This document shows, piece after piece, positions 50,625-61,505 of a DNA stretch of 64,000 bases; within the stretch, counting starts at the first letter, position 1; each line of letters starts with the position of its first letter. Both the position numbers and the translations under genes were made by a program. The DNA is from an uncultured Lachnospiraceae bacterium (GTDB lineage Bacteria > Bacillota > Clostridia > Lachnospirales > Lachnospiraceae). The DNA lies in assembly GCA_934292725.1 (NCBI GenBank), contig CAKQXY010000001.1:105728-169727 (forward strand), in the 5' to 3' direction. The notes below the pieces were generated by a model. It made no database searches and had not been told where the DNA came from. It worked only from the letters and a program-made list of their open reading frames with translations.

Positions 50625-50821
50625 TGCATTCCCCTCCATTTCATGTAATATTGTATATTTACGTATATTATAGTATACATATCACTATATTTCAAGCCCC
50701 AAAATGAATTTTTGAGGAGATTTAGAAATGCATTAAAAATTAGTCACTTTATTTTATACTTTTTCGTCAATATCTGTATCAGTTAAAGCAATTTCTGAAT
50801 CGCAACTTTTCTTTATACTCA

Positions 50822-51751
50822 CTATAATTCTTGTTGGCACTTAAGATTATATTCACTTGGGTTGCATCCAATATATGCCTGAAAAGCTTTCGCAAATCGA
50901 CTTGCGTTGCTAAAGCCAGTCATTTCTGCAATTTGCGTAATTGAATATTGACGACTCTGTACGAATGAAAGACTCTGTGTCACTCGATATTCACACAAAT
51001 ACTGGGTAATGGTTTTTCCAGTCATTTTCTTAAAAATGCGGCAGCTTGCTTCTCTGGAAAGATGCACTTGATTGGCCAGTTCCTGCAAGGAAATAATCTG
51101 ATCAAAATGAGTATGAAGAAAATCAAGCATTTTTTCTAGTCTCACCAAATCTGTTGTATTTTCTTGCGATAGCTTTGTGCATGTCATACCTGTTTCGTGC
51201 CTTGAAAGAATTTCTGCGAACACCTCGCAGAGAAGACCTTTTATACGCAGCTCATAACAAAAGGGTTGTTCATAAAAAAGTCTGTCTGTATTCGCAAGAA
51301 GCGCCAAAACTTGTGCTCCCCAAGACTTTGTATTATCAATCATAATACATGCAGTATTATGATCATGCTGAAATGCTCTAAAACAATTCTTTTCAATATC
51401 GCTTCCGATTGTTCCATAGAGAAAATCTGGCCGAACAATCACGGTATGATACCTCACACGTTTTTCATCAGCTGAGCTGCAGCTGTGCGGAACATTGCTG
51501 TTGATAAGAATTGCCTGACCAGGATGAATTTCGCAACGGTTTTGATAAATCTGATAAACTGCGCGTCCTTCAATCGGGATACCAATTTCAAACTCGCCAT
51601 GCCAGTGAACAGGAACATGCTTTCCTTCAAAAGCCCAAAGATCATCATGATTTACTGTTACTGGAAATCCTTGTGTTCCATGATCCGCAATTTCTCTTTG
51701 TGTGCTGTCGATTTGAATTTTTCTGAATTTGGTATTCATATCCATTATCAC
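50822..51751 (-). CDS. AraC-family transcriptional regulator (cupin plus HTH)
   Basis: C-terminal AraC HTH (ITQIAEMTGFSNASRFAKAF). Confidence 0.8.
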   Translation of the reverse strand: MIMDMNTKFRKIQIDSTQREIADHGTQGFPVTVNHDDLWAFEGKHVPVHWHGEFEIGIPIEGRAVYQIYQNRCEIHPGQAILINSNVPHSCSSADEKRVRYHTVIVRPDFLYGTIGSDIEKNCFRAFQHDHNTACIMIDNTKSWGAQVLALLANTDRLFYEQPFCYELRIKGLLCEVFAEILSRHETGMTCTKLSQENTTDLVRLEKMLDFLHTHFDQIISLQELANQVHLSREASCRIFKKMTGKTITQYLCEYRVTQSLSFVQSRQYSITQIAEMTGFSNASRFAKAFQAYIGCNPSEYNLKCQQEL

Positions 51752-51921
51752 TTGCCTCCTGTGATGAGCTTACTTGTCATTTTGTTTTACCGTTTTTACG
51801 ATTTTGCCATAGCTTAATTATACGGTTATTGCAATTTTCAGACAAGACATTTTTACATTACATTTTTCAGAGGCAATTTTAATAAATCTTATTCTAACTT
51901 AATTAAACTGGAGGAATTTTT

Positions 51922-53274
51922 ATGCGTACTTCAAAAGAAATGGATCTGACAATAGGAAATCCATTTACTTCACTGCTGCGTTTTTGCATTCCATTGATTC
52001 TGGGCAATCTGTTTCAGCTTTTTTATACGCTTGCAGATTCTGTAATCGTTGGGAAAACACTTGGTGCCAATGCGCTTGCTGCTGTTGGCTCCACAAGCAT
52101 AATTGTTTATTTTGTCCTATGCTTCATAACTGGATTTACAAACGGATTTGGAATATGCCTTGGGCAGCGTTTCGGTGCAAAGGATGTAAATGGTATGAAA
52201 AAGAGCATTGCAGTCTCCACGATTCTTTGCATTGTATTTACAATTGTCCTGACTGTTCTTTGTGCCGCTCTTTCCCACCAGATTCTTATCTGGATGCAGA
52301 TTCCTTCTGATATTTCAGAAGATGCATGGACTTACATGTTTATCGTTCTGCTCGGCACTGGTGCCACAGTATTTTACAACATGATTTCAAATATTCTGCG
52401 TGCGCTTGGCGACAGCAAAACACCTCTCTATTTTCTGGTACTTTCATCACTCCTAAATGTAGTTCTCGACATCGTATTCATAGTACCACTTAACATGGGT
52501 GTTGCCGGAGCAGCATGGGCTACCGTTCTTTCTCAGCTTCTCTCAGCTTTTCTTTGTCTGATTGTTGGCCGCAAAGCATATCCTGTTTTGCACCTGAAGC
52601 GTGAAGATTTTTATGATTTAAAGGACGCAGCCATTTCCCATTTAAAAATTGGTTTCCCAATGGGTTTTCAGATGTCAGTTATGTGTATTGGTCAGCTTGC
52701 CATGCAGGCTGTTGTCAACTCTATGGGAACTGATGCAGTTGCTGGATATACAGCAGCTACCAAAGCAGATCAAGTCTCTGTACTAATTAATAATGCCATG
52801 ATTGCTGCTATTTCAAGCTATACAGCTCAAAACTTCGGTGCTGGAAAATTTGACCGCATCAAAAGTGGAGTTCGCGCCTGTCTGATTCAAACAGAAGCTA
52901 TCAATCTTATTATGTGCGCTGGAATCCTTTTGCTTCGCCATCCAATTGTGCGTCTGTTTCTTACAAACCCGACAGCCGAAATCTACCGTTATTCCGATCA
53001 TTATCTAAATGGTGTGGCTCCTTTTTATTTTCTTCTTGGGCTGCTTGCTGTATATCGTACCGCTGTACAAAGTATGCAAAACAGTACGGCACCATTTGCA
53101 GCATGTATGATTGAACTTGTAATGCGTCTTGCCGCCACAATTTGTCTTTCTGCTATTATCGGTTATACTGCAGTCTGCATCGCCAGTCCAATGGCATGGG
53201 CAGGAGCATGTGCTCTTTTGATTCCTACTTATTATAAAATGATGCATAGACTGTCTAAACCACAAACAAAATAA
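51922..53274 (+). CDS. MATE-family efflux transporter
   Basis: 12-TM protein with a MATE-type N-terminus (LLRFCIPLILGNLFQLFYTLADSVIVGK). Confidence 0.8.
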   Translation: MRTSKEMDLTIGNPFTSLLRFCIPLILGNLFQLFYTLADSVIVGKTLGANALAAVGSTSIIVYFVLCFITGFTNGFGICLGQRFGAKDVNGMKKSIAVSTILCIVFTIVLTVLCAALSHQILIWMQIPSDISEDAWTYMFIVLLGTGATVFYNMISNILRALGDSKTPLYFLVLSSLLNVVLDIVFIVPLNMGVAGAAWATVLSQLLSAFLCLIVGRKAYPVLHLKREDFYDLKDAAISHLKIGFPMGFQMSVMCIGQLAMQAVVNSMGTDAVAGYTAATKADQVSVLINNAMIAAISSYTAQNFGAGKFDRIKSGVRACLIQTEAINLIMCAGILLLRHPIVRLFLTNPTAEIYRYSDHYLNGVAPFYFLLGLLAVYRTAVQSMQNSTAPFAACMIELVMRLAATICLSAIIGYTAVCIASPMAWAGACALLIPTYYKMMHRLSKPQTK

Positions 53275-53359
53275 TTTTCTGCATTATAATGCCGCTAATC
53301 CAAAGCTTCTTCAGCTTAGATTAACGGCACTTTTTGTTTTACTTATTGTCATTATGATT

Positions 53360-54430
53360 TTATATAGTTTTTTCTTCTCGATACTTCATTACCGCATGCC
53401 AGTCATCACGTCCCAGAAAATGTGTACCTGAGCGAAGGAAAAATGAAATATTTCCTTCATCATATAAGGTATCTGGCAATATTTCATCTGGGCAAATCAG
53501 TCCTTTCTGTCCTAATATTTCAAAAGCTGGACTGGCAGCAAGTCCGCTTAGTACCTCAGAATGCGCATCTGCCCAGAGATCACGCGTAGCTCCTGTCAGG
53601 CAAACATAGCGAGGTGCAATAAGTGCAATTAAAAAATGCATGTCAAATGGCAAATCATTTGCATCACGATCATCACGAAATAAATTCGGACAAAACCAGT
53701 AACGTGTATATTCACGTGACAGGTCACGAAAACTTTCTGCCTGACTGCCGCGGTAAAGACTTCCTGAATTTCCAGCCACGGCAAGAGAAAAGCGCTCATC
53801 CATCGCAGCACACCATAGGGCAGTCAATGCCAGACGTGAATGGCCTATTACTGCAATGCGGGCATGATCAAGCTGTGCTACAGTCTGTAAATAATCCATT
53901 ACTTTGCTTGCTCCAAATGCCCAAACTGCAATCTTACCCCAACGATCTTTCTTAATCCAATCTTTTTCAAAGCGGCTTACTCCTAAAAAACTCTCCTTAC
54001 TGTCATCTGGATCAATGTCCTGATAGCAAACGTGCACAATTGCATATCCGTTATCTATTATTTCTTCACCCAAGCCCCCAGCCACAAGTTCATTAAACTG
54101 CAGATGAAGAAATGCAGGTATCTTTTCCTTTACTGACTTTGGCAAAATCAATTTAAATAGAAACTCGTATGCGTCATTATTATTTGCCAACTGAACTTTT
54201 ATTGTTTTTTCAATTGCCTTTCCACCATATGCATCTTCATCCTCACCCACACATTCAAATGCAGATTTGATATTTTCTGGTGTTACTCCCATATATTCAT
54301 GACACAATAATTTTTTAATTTCTTCCCGACGAAGCTTCCAATCCTCATAGTTTGTTACCGCATCGCCATTCTCCAAACGCATCAGCTTTGGAAGGTGTCT
54401 GTTTTCAATTTCTTCTTGTAGTTTGTTCAT
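53360..54430 (-). CDS. Alpha/beta-hydrolase-fold protein (putative esterase). The start is assigned to MNKLQEE, after a GGAAGGA RBS; coordinates are accurate to about 1 nt
   Basis: GxSxG-like nucleophile elbow (VIGHSRLAL); overall alpha/beta hydrolase pattern. Confidence 0.5.
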   Translation of the reverse strand: MNKLQEEIENRHLPKLMRLENGDAVTNYEDWKLRREEIKKLLCHEYMGVTPENIKSAFECVGEDEDAYGGKAIEKTIKVQLANNNDAYEFLFKLILPKSVKEKIPAFLHLQFNELVAGGLGEEIIDNGYAIVHVCYQDIDPDDSKESFLGVSRFEKDWIKKDRWGKIAVWAFGASKVMDYLQTVAQLDHARIAVIGHSRLALTALWCAAMDERFSLAVAGNSGSLYRGSQAESFRDLSREYTRYWFCPNLFRDDRDANDLPFDMHFLIALIAPRYVCLTGATRDLWADAHSEVLSGLAASPAFEILGQKGLICPDEILPDTLYDEGNISFFLRSGTHFLGRDDWHAVMKYREEKTI

Positions 54431-54470
54431 TTTGCTTTTCCTTCCTTTCATTTTTCTATATTTTATGATT

Positions 54471-57400
54471 TTAATTTGTTTCAATTTTTATATAGCTGCC
54501 AGGACCGTCTGCTCCCATTGTCTTTGTGACAAGAATCTTTTTGTTAATAGAATCCTTTAGCTCTGCCACATGTGAAATGATACCTACCATACGATTTCCC
54601 TCTGCCAGATTTGCAAGTGCCTTTAATGCCTGCGAAAGTGCTGCCTCATCTAATGATCCAAATCCCTCATCTACAAACATCGTATCAATCTGAATGCCGC
54701 CTGCTCTTGACTGTATCTCATCTGAAAGACCAAGTGCAAGAGACAAAGCTGCCTGAAAGCTCTCGCCGCCTGAAAGTGTCCGTACACTTCGCTCACTTCC
54801 ATTGTAATGATCCACAACATTTAAATCAAGTCCTGCTTTTTCTTTTTTATTTTCGGCCTCCTCACGACGCTTTAACTCATACTGTCCCTGACTCATCGTC
54901 ATTAAACGCACATTTGCACGGCGCAGTATGCGCTCGAAATAAGCCATCTGCACATATGTTTCAAGCTCAATTTTAGGCTTTCCTGTAACCTGACCGTTTG
55001 CTGTATTTGAGAGTTCACGCACCCAAACATATTTTTTCTCTGTTTCCTGCATTACTGTCTGGTGCTTCTTAACGCCAAGAAGTACAGCACGATTCTTCTC
55101 ATTCTCGGCAAACCAAGTCCGACATTCCTGTGAAGTTTTCTCCTTTTTAAGTGACAATTCCTCCTGTTCTTTTTTTATCAGTTCTTCCTCTGGCATTGTA
55201 CCGCCATTGTCTTCTAGCATCGAAAGAATCTGCTTTTTTCCCTCCTCTATACTGTTTCTTAAACTTTGCTCATCTGCCCTCAGGCTGTTTGCCTCTTTTT
55301 GTGCTGCCTGATATGCCTGCTCAATTTGCTGCTGCTCGCACCCGATTCGTTCCATTTGTTCTTGCAGGCATAAACAAAGTTCTTGTGCGCTTTGGCCATC
55401 CCACTGCGTATTCTGTGCCTGCAGCGAATCATATTTTTGTCTCAGACTGTTTTCTCGTTCCTGATTTGCAGCTCTCTCCTCTGCAATTAAAATCGCTAGT
55501 TGCTGAAATGCCTCATCTGCTTTTTCTTTTTTTGTCTGTTCCTGCAAAAGTGCTTTTTGCATCCGATCCTTATTTTCCACCTCTGCCTTAAGCCTATTTA
55601 CCTGCTCTTTTTTCTCCTCATACAATTTGGCAATTGCAAAATCACTTTCTACCTCTTTCTGAAGCTTTTCAATTTGAAGCTTTGTAATATCAAGCTTTCC
55701 TAGCATACCATCAAGGTTTGTCCTTTGCTCCTGCTCTTTTTGCAGCAAATTTTCTTTGCTTTTTTTAAGCTCATCTTCTTTTTCTTTTAATGATCTTGCA
55801 TATACAATCATCTTGCTCGCCTGCAAAAGTGCCTCCTTTGCCTGCTGCAATTGTTTTGTCAAAAATGCTTCCTTTTCTGTCTCATTTTTATCAGCTGCAA
55901 TCTGATCAAGCGACTTTTTCATGTTCGCTGCCTTAGCGGTCAGCACTGCATAATTTTCTTTTTCCTTTTGAAACTGACTGACAGCAAGCTGTTGTTGTTC
56001 CTTGGCTTTTACAAGTTCTGTTTTCACACAATGATACGTCGAGCTTTGTTGTTCTAAGCTTGTCTGTTGTGTCAAAAGCTGCTCTTTTTTTTGGCACAGC
56101 TGTTTAAAGCTTCTCTTTAACACTTCTTCTGCCTGATCACATGTATTAATTGCTTCAAATATTACTTCTTCACTCTTAAGCCACTTTGTAATTTCATCAA
56201 ACATATTCTGACGCAGCTTTTGAAGCTGAGCGTAACTTGCTTGTGCCGCGGCACTTGCCTTTTCTGCTTTTCTTTGTGCTTCATCTGTTTTCTTTTGCAT
56301 TTCATCAAGTTCTTCACGGCTCACTGTCTGTAAATTCTTTGCTGCCAGAACAGGATGATGCACAGAACCGCACACTGGACAAGGCTTGCCCTCTTCAAGT
56401 CCTTCGGCTAAAATTCCTGCCTGCGCATTCAGATAACATGTCCATGCCTGCTTCCACTCTGACTGGCAGCTTTCATATGACGCTATATAAATTTTACACT
56501 TTTTTTGAAGCTCTGTATGTATACGCTCCTGCTCTTTTTCTTCTTTCAGCTGTTTTTCAAATTTAGTAAGTTCCTCAAGGCGATAGTCATTCTCCTTTAT
56601 CTGTGCTTTTTTCTGTTCCAAAAGTACATCGCAGTCTTTAAGTTCTTCACAAAGCTGCTCTTTTTTCTGTATCATCTCATTAAGCTTATCAAGCTGCTCT
56701 TTTTGCTGAATGATTGACTGCTCCTTCTTTTTTTGACAGTCGCATGTACTTTTATACTCTGCATAGCTTGTCTGATACTGATCAAGCTGATGCTTTCTAT
56801 CCTCTACCAGACTTTGACAGCGCTGTTCCTCTCTTCCTGCTTCAGACAGCTTTTCTATCTCAATTTCACAAGCCTTTATCTGTTCTTCTTGCTGTTTTCT
56901 CTGATCAAAGACAGACTGAATAGACTGCTTCAATTCACAAATTGTTTCTTCCGCTTCTAATTTTTGCTTTTGAATCTCTTCCCACTCATTTTTTTGCTTT
57001 TCAATCTGCTTCATTTGCAAAAGCGCCTGAGAATATGCCACCTCACAATCCTTTAATAGTTCTAGCTGACGATTCATTTCTTCTATATACTGTGTCTGCT
57101 TTTTTCTTTCCTCAGACTGTCTGCATTGTTTTTCTTCTTTCTCCTTAAGCTCATTTTTTACTTGTATAAGCTGTTTTTCTTCTGATTGAAATGCCTCGCA
57201 CAACTGCTTATCCTGCTGCAGACGATGTTTTTTTGCTTCTAACTCTTTTTGTCTTGGCTGTTTGTTAACCTGCTCATTAAAAAACTCCTGTGCCTTTATT
57301 ACCTTTGGCAGCAAAGTTTCTAATCGTTTTTCTTTTTCCTTGACACTCTCACAAGTTTCTTTATACCGCTGAAGCTTTTCTTCATAAACGGCAAGTGTAC

Positions 57401-58217
57401 GCTGTTTGCATGAAAGTTCTTCCTCCTCTTTTTTGAGCATCTGATACTTTTCTTCCCCTGCTGACAAAAATCCTTCAATTAACTCAATTGCCCGAAGTGT
57501 CTGACCGTCAAATCCATTTTTCTTTAATACGTTCCATTCAGGCTCTTCAATAGCACCATTAGGGCAGACTGCCATGCTTAGTTCCTGACTAATGCCTTTT
57601 CGCAGATCCTCATATGCTTCTTTTTGTCGGCTAAGTTCTGCCTTAAGAGCATCCTGAAGCTGCTGAAATTTTTCTGTATGAAATATTCGTCTAAAAATTT
57701 CTTTTCTAGTCGCCGTGTCAGCAAAAAGAAGCTTTTGAAAATCTCCCTGGGCAATCATAACAATCTGCGTAAATTGGCGATAATCCAGGCCTAAAATTTC
57801 GGTTACAGCTTTTGTGACATCCTTAGACTTTGACACAATCGGTCTGCTCGAATCTGACAAATATTCAAGCTCTGCCTCTGCCTTTTGAAGTGTCAAGCCT
57901 GTTCCTCTTCCCTTAGGTCGCTGATACTCTGGATTTCTTTTTACGCGATACTTCTCTCCCCTATAGCAAAAGGTGAGCTCTACATATGTTTTTATCTCTG
58001 CTTTCGCATATTTGCTGCGAAACATCTGCGGATCACGCACTTCACCGCTGGCTTCTCCATATAGTGCAAATGTGATAGCATCAAAAATGCTTGTTTTTCC
58101 TGCTCCAGTATCTCCAGTAATCAGATAAAGTCCCTGCGTCCCCAGACGTTCAAAATCAATCGTTATCTCTCCTGCATATGGTCCAAACGCACTGACTGTT
58201 AACACTTGTGGTCTCAT
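54471..58217 (-). CDS. sbcC: SbcC/Rad50-like double-strand-break repair ATPase
   Basis: N-terminal Walker A (GDTGAGKTSIFDAITFALYG), very long coiled coil with a CPVCGS zinc hook, C-terminal signature and D-loop. Confidence 0.9.
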   Translation of the reverse strand: MRPQVLTVSAFGPYAGEITIDFERLGTQGLYLITGDTGAGKTSIFDAITFALYGEASGEVRDPQMFRSKYAKAEIKTYVELTFCYRGEKYRVKRNPEYQRPKGRGTGLTLQKAEAELEYLSDSSRPIVSKSKDVTKAVTEILGLDYRQFTQIVMIAQGDFQKLLFADTATRKEIFRRIFHTEKFQQLQDALKAELSRQKEAYEDLRKGISQELSMAVCPNGAIEEPEWNVLKKNGFDGQTLRAIELIEGFLSAGEEKYQMLKKEEEELSCKQRTLAVYEEKLQRYKETCESVKEKEKRLETLLPKVIKAQEFFNEQVNKQPRQKELEAKKHRLQQDKQLCEAFQSEEKQLIQVKNELKEKEEKQCRQSEERKKQTQYIEEMNRQLELLKDCEVAYSQALLQMKQIEKQKNEWEEIQKQKLEAEETICELKQSIQSVFDQRKQQEEQIKACEIEIEKLSEAGREEQRCQSLVEDRKHQLDQYQTSYAEYKSTCDCQKKKEQSIIQQKEQLDKLNEMIQKKEQLCEELKDCDVLLEQKKAQIKENDYRLEELTKFEKQLKEEKEQERIHTELQKKCKIYIASYESCQSEWKQAWTCYLNAQAGILAEGLEEGKPCPVCGSVHHPVLAAKNLQTVSREELDEMQKKTDEAQRKAEKASAAAQASYAQLQKLRQNMFDEITKWLKSEEVIFEAINTCDQAEEVLKRSFKQLCQKKEQLLTQQTSLEQQSSTYHCVKTELVKAKEQQQLAVSQFQKEKENYAVLTAKAANMKKSLDQIAADKNETEKEAFLTKQLQQAKEALLQASKMIVYARSLKEKEDELKKSKENLLQKEQEQRTNLDGMLGKLDITKLQIEKLQKEVESDFAIAKLYEEKKEQVNRLKAEVENKDRMQKALLQEQTKKEKADEAFQQLAILIAEERAANQERENSLRQKYDSLQAQNTQWDGQSAQELCLCLQEQMERIGCEQQQIEQAYQAAQKEANSLRADEQSLRNSIEEGKKQILSMLEDNGGTMPEEELIKKEQEELSLKKEKTSQECRTWFAENEKNRAVLLGVKKHQTVMQETEKKYVWVRELSNTANGQVTGKPKIELETYVQMAYFERILRRANVRLMTMSQGQYELKRREEAENKKEKAGLDLNVVDHYNGSERSVRTLSGGESFQAALSLALGLSDEIQSRAGGIQIDTMFVDEGFGSLDEAALSQALKALANLAEGNRMVGIISHVAELKDSINKKILVTKTMGADGPGSYIKIETN

Positions 58218-59347
58218 GATTTGTCCTCCTGTAATCGCATAAACAGTTCTGTTACAAATTGTTTTTGTTCTATACTCATCGGCTGATTGTTTTGCTTTTC
58301 GTAAAGTTCTTCAAACAGCTGCTTCTCACTCTTTTGCTTAATCTTACTGTCAAAATCTATTGTCTGCTGCGTTCTTGTTCTTAGATTATCATAAAAAAGA
58401 CCAAGAAGATTTGGATAGATAGTGCGAAGCTTCTGCATTCCATCTGGAATATCTTCCTCATCTGTCAACGTAATCTGCACATAGTCATCAGTAGCTGTCC
58501 CCTGATAAAATGTGCGCGCTGTCACTTCCATATAAGAGCCATGAATTGTCCTAAGATCATGCTTTGGAAGTAATGGAATTGTGCGAATAACAATATCACT
58601 CTTTTTTCCCATCTCGATAACAGTAACTGACTTTTCCTGTTCAGCCTCAGAAACTGAATATTTCAATAAAGTTCCGCAATAACGCACATTTTCTTTTATA
58701 TTCTGCGGACTATGAATATGACCAAGTGCCGTATAATCAAATGCTTCAAAGACAGATGCATCTATATTGTCAACTCCGCCAACAACAATATCTTCTGAAT
58801 CGCAGCGGCCTGCACCCGTAACAAATTGATGTGCCACCAAAATATTTCGATTTTTTGTATCAATATTCATGTTATTTACTGCCGCCAAAACTGCATCCTG
58901 ATATGACTCAATTTCCTCTTGTCCCAGTGCACGGCGCACAATAGACGGACGAACAAATGGCAAAAGATAAACTTGTGCTTCTCCAAATTCATCTGTCAAT
59001 GTAACCTTCTGTGTACTGCCATCATATACTGTAGACAAATACACGCCTGATTGCTTCATCAGCCCTGCACCAAACGCAATGCGCTCCATGGAATCATGAT
59101 TGCCACTGACAGCACATACCTTAATTTTTTGCGCTGCAAGTGCATTAAAAAACCAGTCTAACATCATAACAGCCTCAGTCGGTGGAATAGGTCTGTCATA
59201 AATATCTCCCGCCAAAAGGAGTGCATCTGCATGCTCTTCTACGCAAATTTTGACTACTTGCTCTAAAATATAACGCTGATCTTCCAGCATTGAAAATTCA
59301 TTGATCCGCTTTCCAAGATGCAGATCAGAAATATGTATCAATTTCAT
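58214..59347 (-). CDS. sbcD: SbcD/Mre11-like nuclease
   Basis: Calcineurin-like phosphoesterase motifs (MKLIHISDLHLG, GDIYD, GNHD); overlaps sbcC by 4 nt. Confidence 0.9.
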   Translation of the reverse strand: MKLIHISDLHLGKRINEFSMLEDQRYILEQVVKICVEEHADALLLAGDIYDRPIPPTEAVMMLDWFFNALAAQKIKVCAVSGNHDSMERIAFGAGLMKQSGVYLSTVYDGSTQKVTLTDEFGEAQVYLLPFVRPSIVRRALGQEEIESYQDAVLAAVNNMNIDTKNRNILVAHQFVTGAGRCDSEDIVVGGVDNIDASVFEAFDYTALGHIHSPQNIKENVRYCGTLLKYSVSEAEQEKSVTVIEMGKKSDIVIRTIPLLPKHDLRTIHGSYMEVTARTFYQGTATDDYVQITLTDEEDIPDGMQKLRTIYPNLLGLFYDNLRTRTQQTIDFDSKIKQKSEKQLFEELYEKQNNQPMSIEQKQFVTELFMRLQEDKS

Positions 59348-59446
59348 AGCTTCTCCTTTTGTTCTCTACTTGCAAAAAAACAGCACTAAAAGAAGTGGGC
59401 TTTGACCCTATCTTCTCTTTTGTACTGTTCTTGTAAAATATATGTT

Positions 59447-60964
59447 TTACTGTTTGTATTCTACCTCAAACGGAAGCTGATCAAGAATATCACGCTTCGC
59501 GTCAATACCAGGATACACTTCAATAAGTTTAAGTCCCTTAGGTGTCAGTCTAAATACACAGCGCTCTGTCACATACAAAACCTTCTGCCCATTTTCGATT
59601 GCACGCTTTGATGAAAAGCTTATGCTATTAACATGCTCTACAAATTTAGGAACTGATCCCTCTTTTTCAATAGTAATCTCACCACTTTTTTGTGATACAG
59701 TTAAGCCTTTTGCATTAAAGCTCATGCAGAATACAACAGTTGGTGTCTTTGCAGTTATATTGGCAAATCCACCAATACCAGCAAATGCACCCGGACCTCT
59801 GTGCGCATTAATATTTCCGTATTGATCAACCTCAAGTGCACCCATAAAGCATATATCCAAACCGCCATTGTCATAAAGATCAAACTGGTTTGCCATGTCG
59901 TAGACGGACGCAGCCCCGATCATCGCACCAAATGCCTCGCCGGAAACTGGAAAACCACCAATACCACCTGATTCAACAGTCAGTGTTACCATATCGAGCA
60001 TTCCGCTCTTTCTTGCATAACGTGAAACCATCTCCGGAATGCCAATTCCAATATTAACAATATCATCAACCCGAAGCTCTTTGGCAGCTCGTCTTCCAAT
60101 GATTTTTCCGATTGTATTATCTTTGAGCATCTTTTCTGATGCCTGATCAATCTTCTCACTCCATGTATGCCATTCCTCATATGGAATTTCAAAGCTTCCA
60201 GTCAGCGCTGTGTACGCTTCATTTCGCTCTTGTGGCTCTGCAACTACAATCGCATCTACCAGACAGCCCGGAATAATAGCATTTCGCGGTCGTGACGGTG
60301 TGTCTACCAGCCTATCTACCTGAACAATTACTTTTCCTCTGTTTGCCTTTACAGCCTGACAGATGGAAAGTGCATCGCCAGACATAAACATATCATCAAA
60401 AGTAATATTTCCCTTACGATCTGCCGCAGTTCCCTTTATCAGTGCAATTGTTATTTTCGGCAGCTTATAATAAAGGAACTCCTCGCCATCCACTTCTACA
60501 TGTTTTACAAGCGAATCGTCAATTGAAACTCGGTTGATTCCAGGTCCCTCAAGTCTCGGATCGACAAATATATCAAGACCAACCTTTGAAAGTGCACCTG
60601 GAAGTCCCCCTGCCTGTGCACGAATTGCATGAGAAATACAGCCAAGCGGCAAATTGTATGCCTCAAAGCGATCCTCCAACACAAGCTTTTTTGTGCTCAT
60701 CATAGCACCGAAATGACCACAAATCAGCCTGTCTACTGCCCCGTCACGAATGTATCCTTCGGCATTGTGTTCAGTATCCCACACGCCAAATCCTGCACTA
60801 GAAACAATTGTCAGATGGGTAGGTGACTGCATTTTCTGATAGCGGCGATAAAGTGCCTCATGCAGCTCCACTGGATTTTCAATTCCCACAAAGGAATTAA
60901 CACATATACAGTCTCCATCCCGAATCAAACGGATTGCTTCATCTGATGTCATAATCTCATACAT
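59447..60964 (-). CDS. Acyl-CoA:acetate / propionate CoA-transferase family protein
   Basis: About 505 aa with end-to-end similarity to the propionate CoA-transferase (Pct) family; glycine-rich motifs such as GGIGGF and GIGGFANIT. Confidence 0.7.
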   Translation of the reverse strand: MYEIMTSDEAIRLIRDGDCICVNSFVGIENPVELHEALYRRYQKMQSPTHLTIVSSAGFGVWDTEHNAEGYIRDGAVDRLICGHFGAMMSTKKLVLEDRFEAYNLPLGCISHAIRAQAGGLPGALSKVGLDIFVDPRLEGPGINRVSIDDSLVKHVEVDGEEFLYYKLPKITIALIKGTAADRKGNITFDDMFMSGDALSICQAVKANRGKVIVQVDRLVDTPSRPRNAIIPGCLVDAIVVAEPQERNEAYTALTGSFEIPYEEWHTWSEKIDQASEKMLKDNTIGKIIGRRAAKELRVDDIVNIGIGIPEMVSRYARKSGMLDMVTLTVESGGIGGFPVSGEAFGAMIGAASVYDMANQFDLYDNGGLDICFMGALEVDQYGNINAHRGPGAFAGIGGFANITAKTPTVVFCMSFNAKGLTVSQKSGEITIEKEGSVPKFVEHVNSISFSSKRAIENGQKVLYVTERCVFRLTPKGLKLIEVYPGIDAKRDILDQLPFEVEYKQ

Positions 60965-60967
60965 AGA

Positions 60968-61381
60968 TTAAGCCTGCCATTTAACCTTTGCTACGCACTT
61001 CTTTACGTGACAAGCTTCTTTTCCAGCACGCATCTGTGGCTTATGAGCAATGCTCGGAGGAAGTACTGCATAAGAACCAGTTGTCAGAATGGACTGACAC
61101 ATTTCTTCTGGCTCCTTCCAGAATGCAACATCACGCTTTTCATCATATTCCTCATCTGCCTCTAAACCAGTTCTGCTTACTGTATCGATCTCCTCCTCAC
61201 CGGAAATGATCCACTGAATATCTGCATAACGATTATGAGTCTCCAGACGGCAATTCTCTGCCGGCTTTGTCTCATACTCCTGAATCATAAAATAAAAATC
61301 ATCATTTACCTGATAGGTACCAACTTCAAGTGCTGCTAAATCCTGCTTTTTTAAGTAGCAAACTGCTTCTTCGATTGTCAT
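60968..61381 (-). CDS. YhcH/YjgK/YiaL-family protein (DUF386). The start is assigned to MTIEEA, after a GAAAGGAA RBS
   Basis: About 137 aa of beta-sandwich with conserved N..DIQ.I and H.KP residues. Confidence 0.6.
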   Translation of the reverse strand: MTIEEAVCYLKKQDLAALEVGTYQVNDDFYFMIQEYETKPAENCRLETHNRYADIQWIISGEEEIDTVSRTGLEADEEYDEKRDVAFWKEPEEMCQSILTTGSYAVLPPSIAHKPQMRAGKEACHVKKCVAKVKWQA

Positions 61382-61505
61382 TTCATATTCCTTTCTAAAA
61401 AGCGCCAGCCTAGGCACTTTCCTGAATGTATTTTATGTGACTTTTTTGCATCTTTCATGCTTTTCTAGCTTACTTAAAAATTATTTTTTTGTCAAGCATA
61501 CTATA

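Noticed and set aside
54611-57148. Multiple plus-strand ORFs of 60-146 aa (for example 55151..55591) inside sbcC, and similar antisense ORFs inside comEC, the histidine kinase, xfp and the 706-aa gene
   Set aside because: They lie antisense to long, well-supported genes, have low-complexity composition, and lack RBSs. These are typical shadow ORFs.
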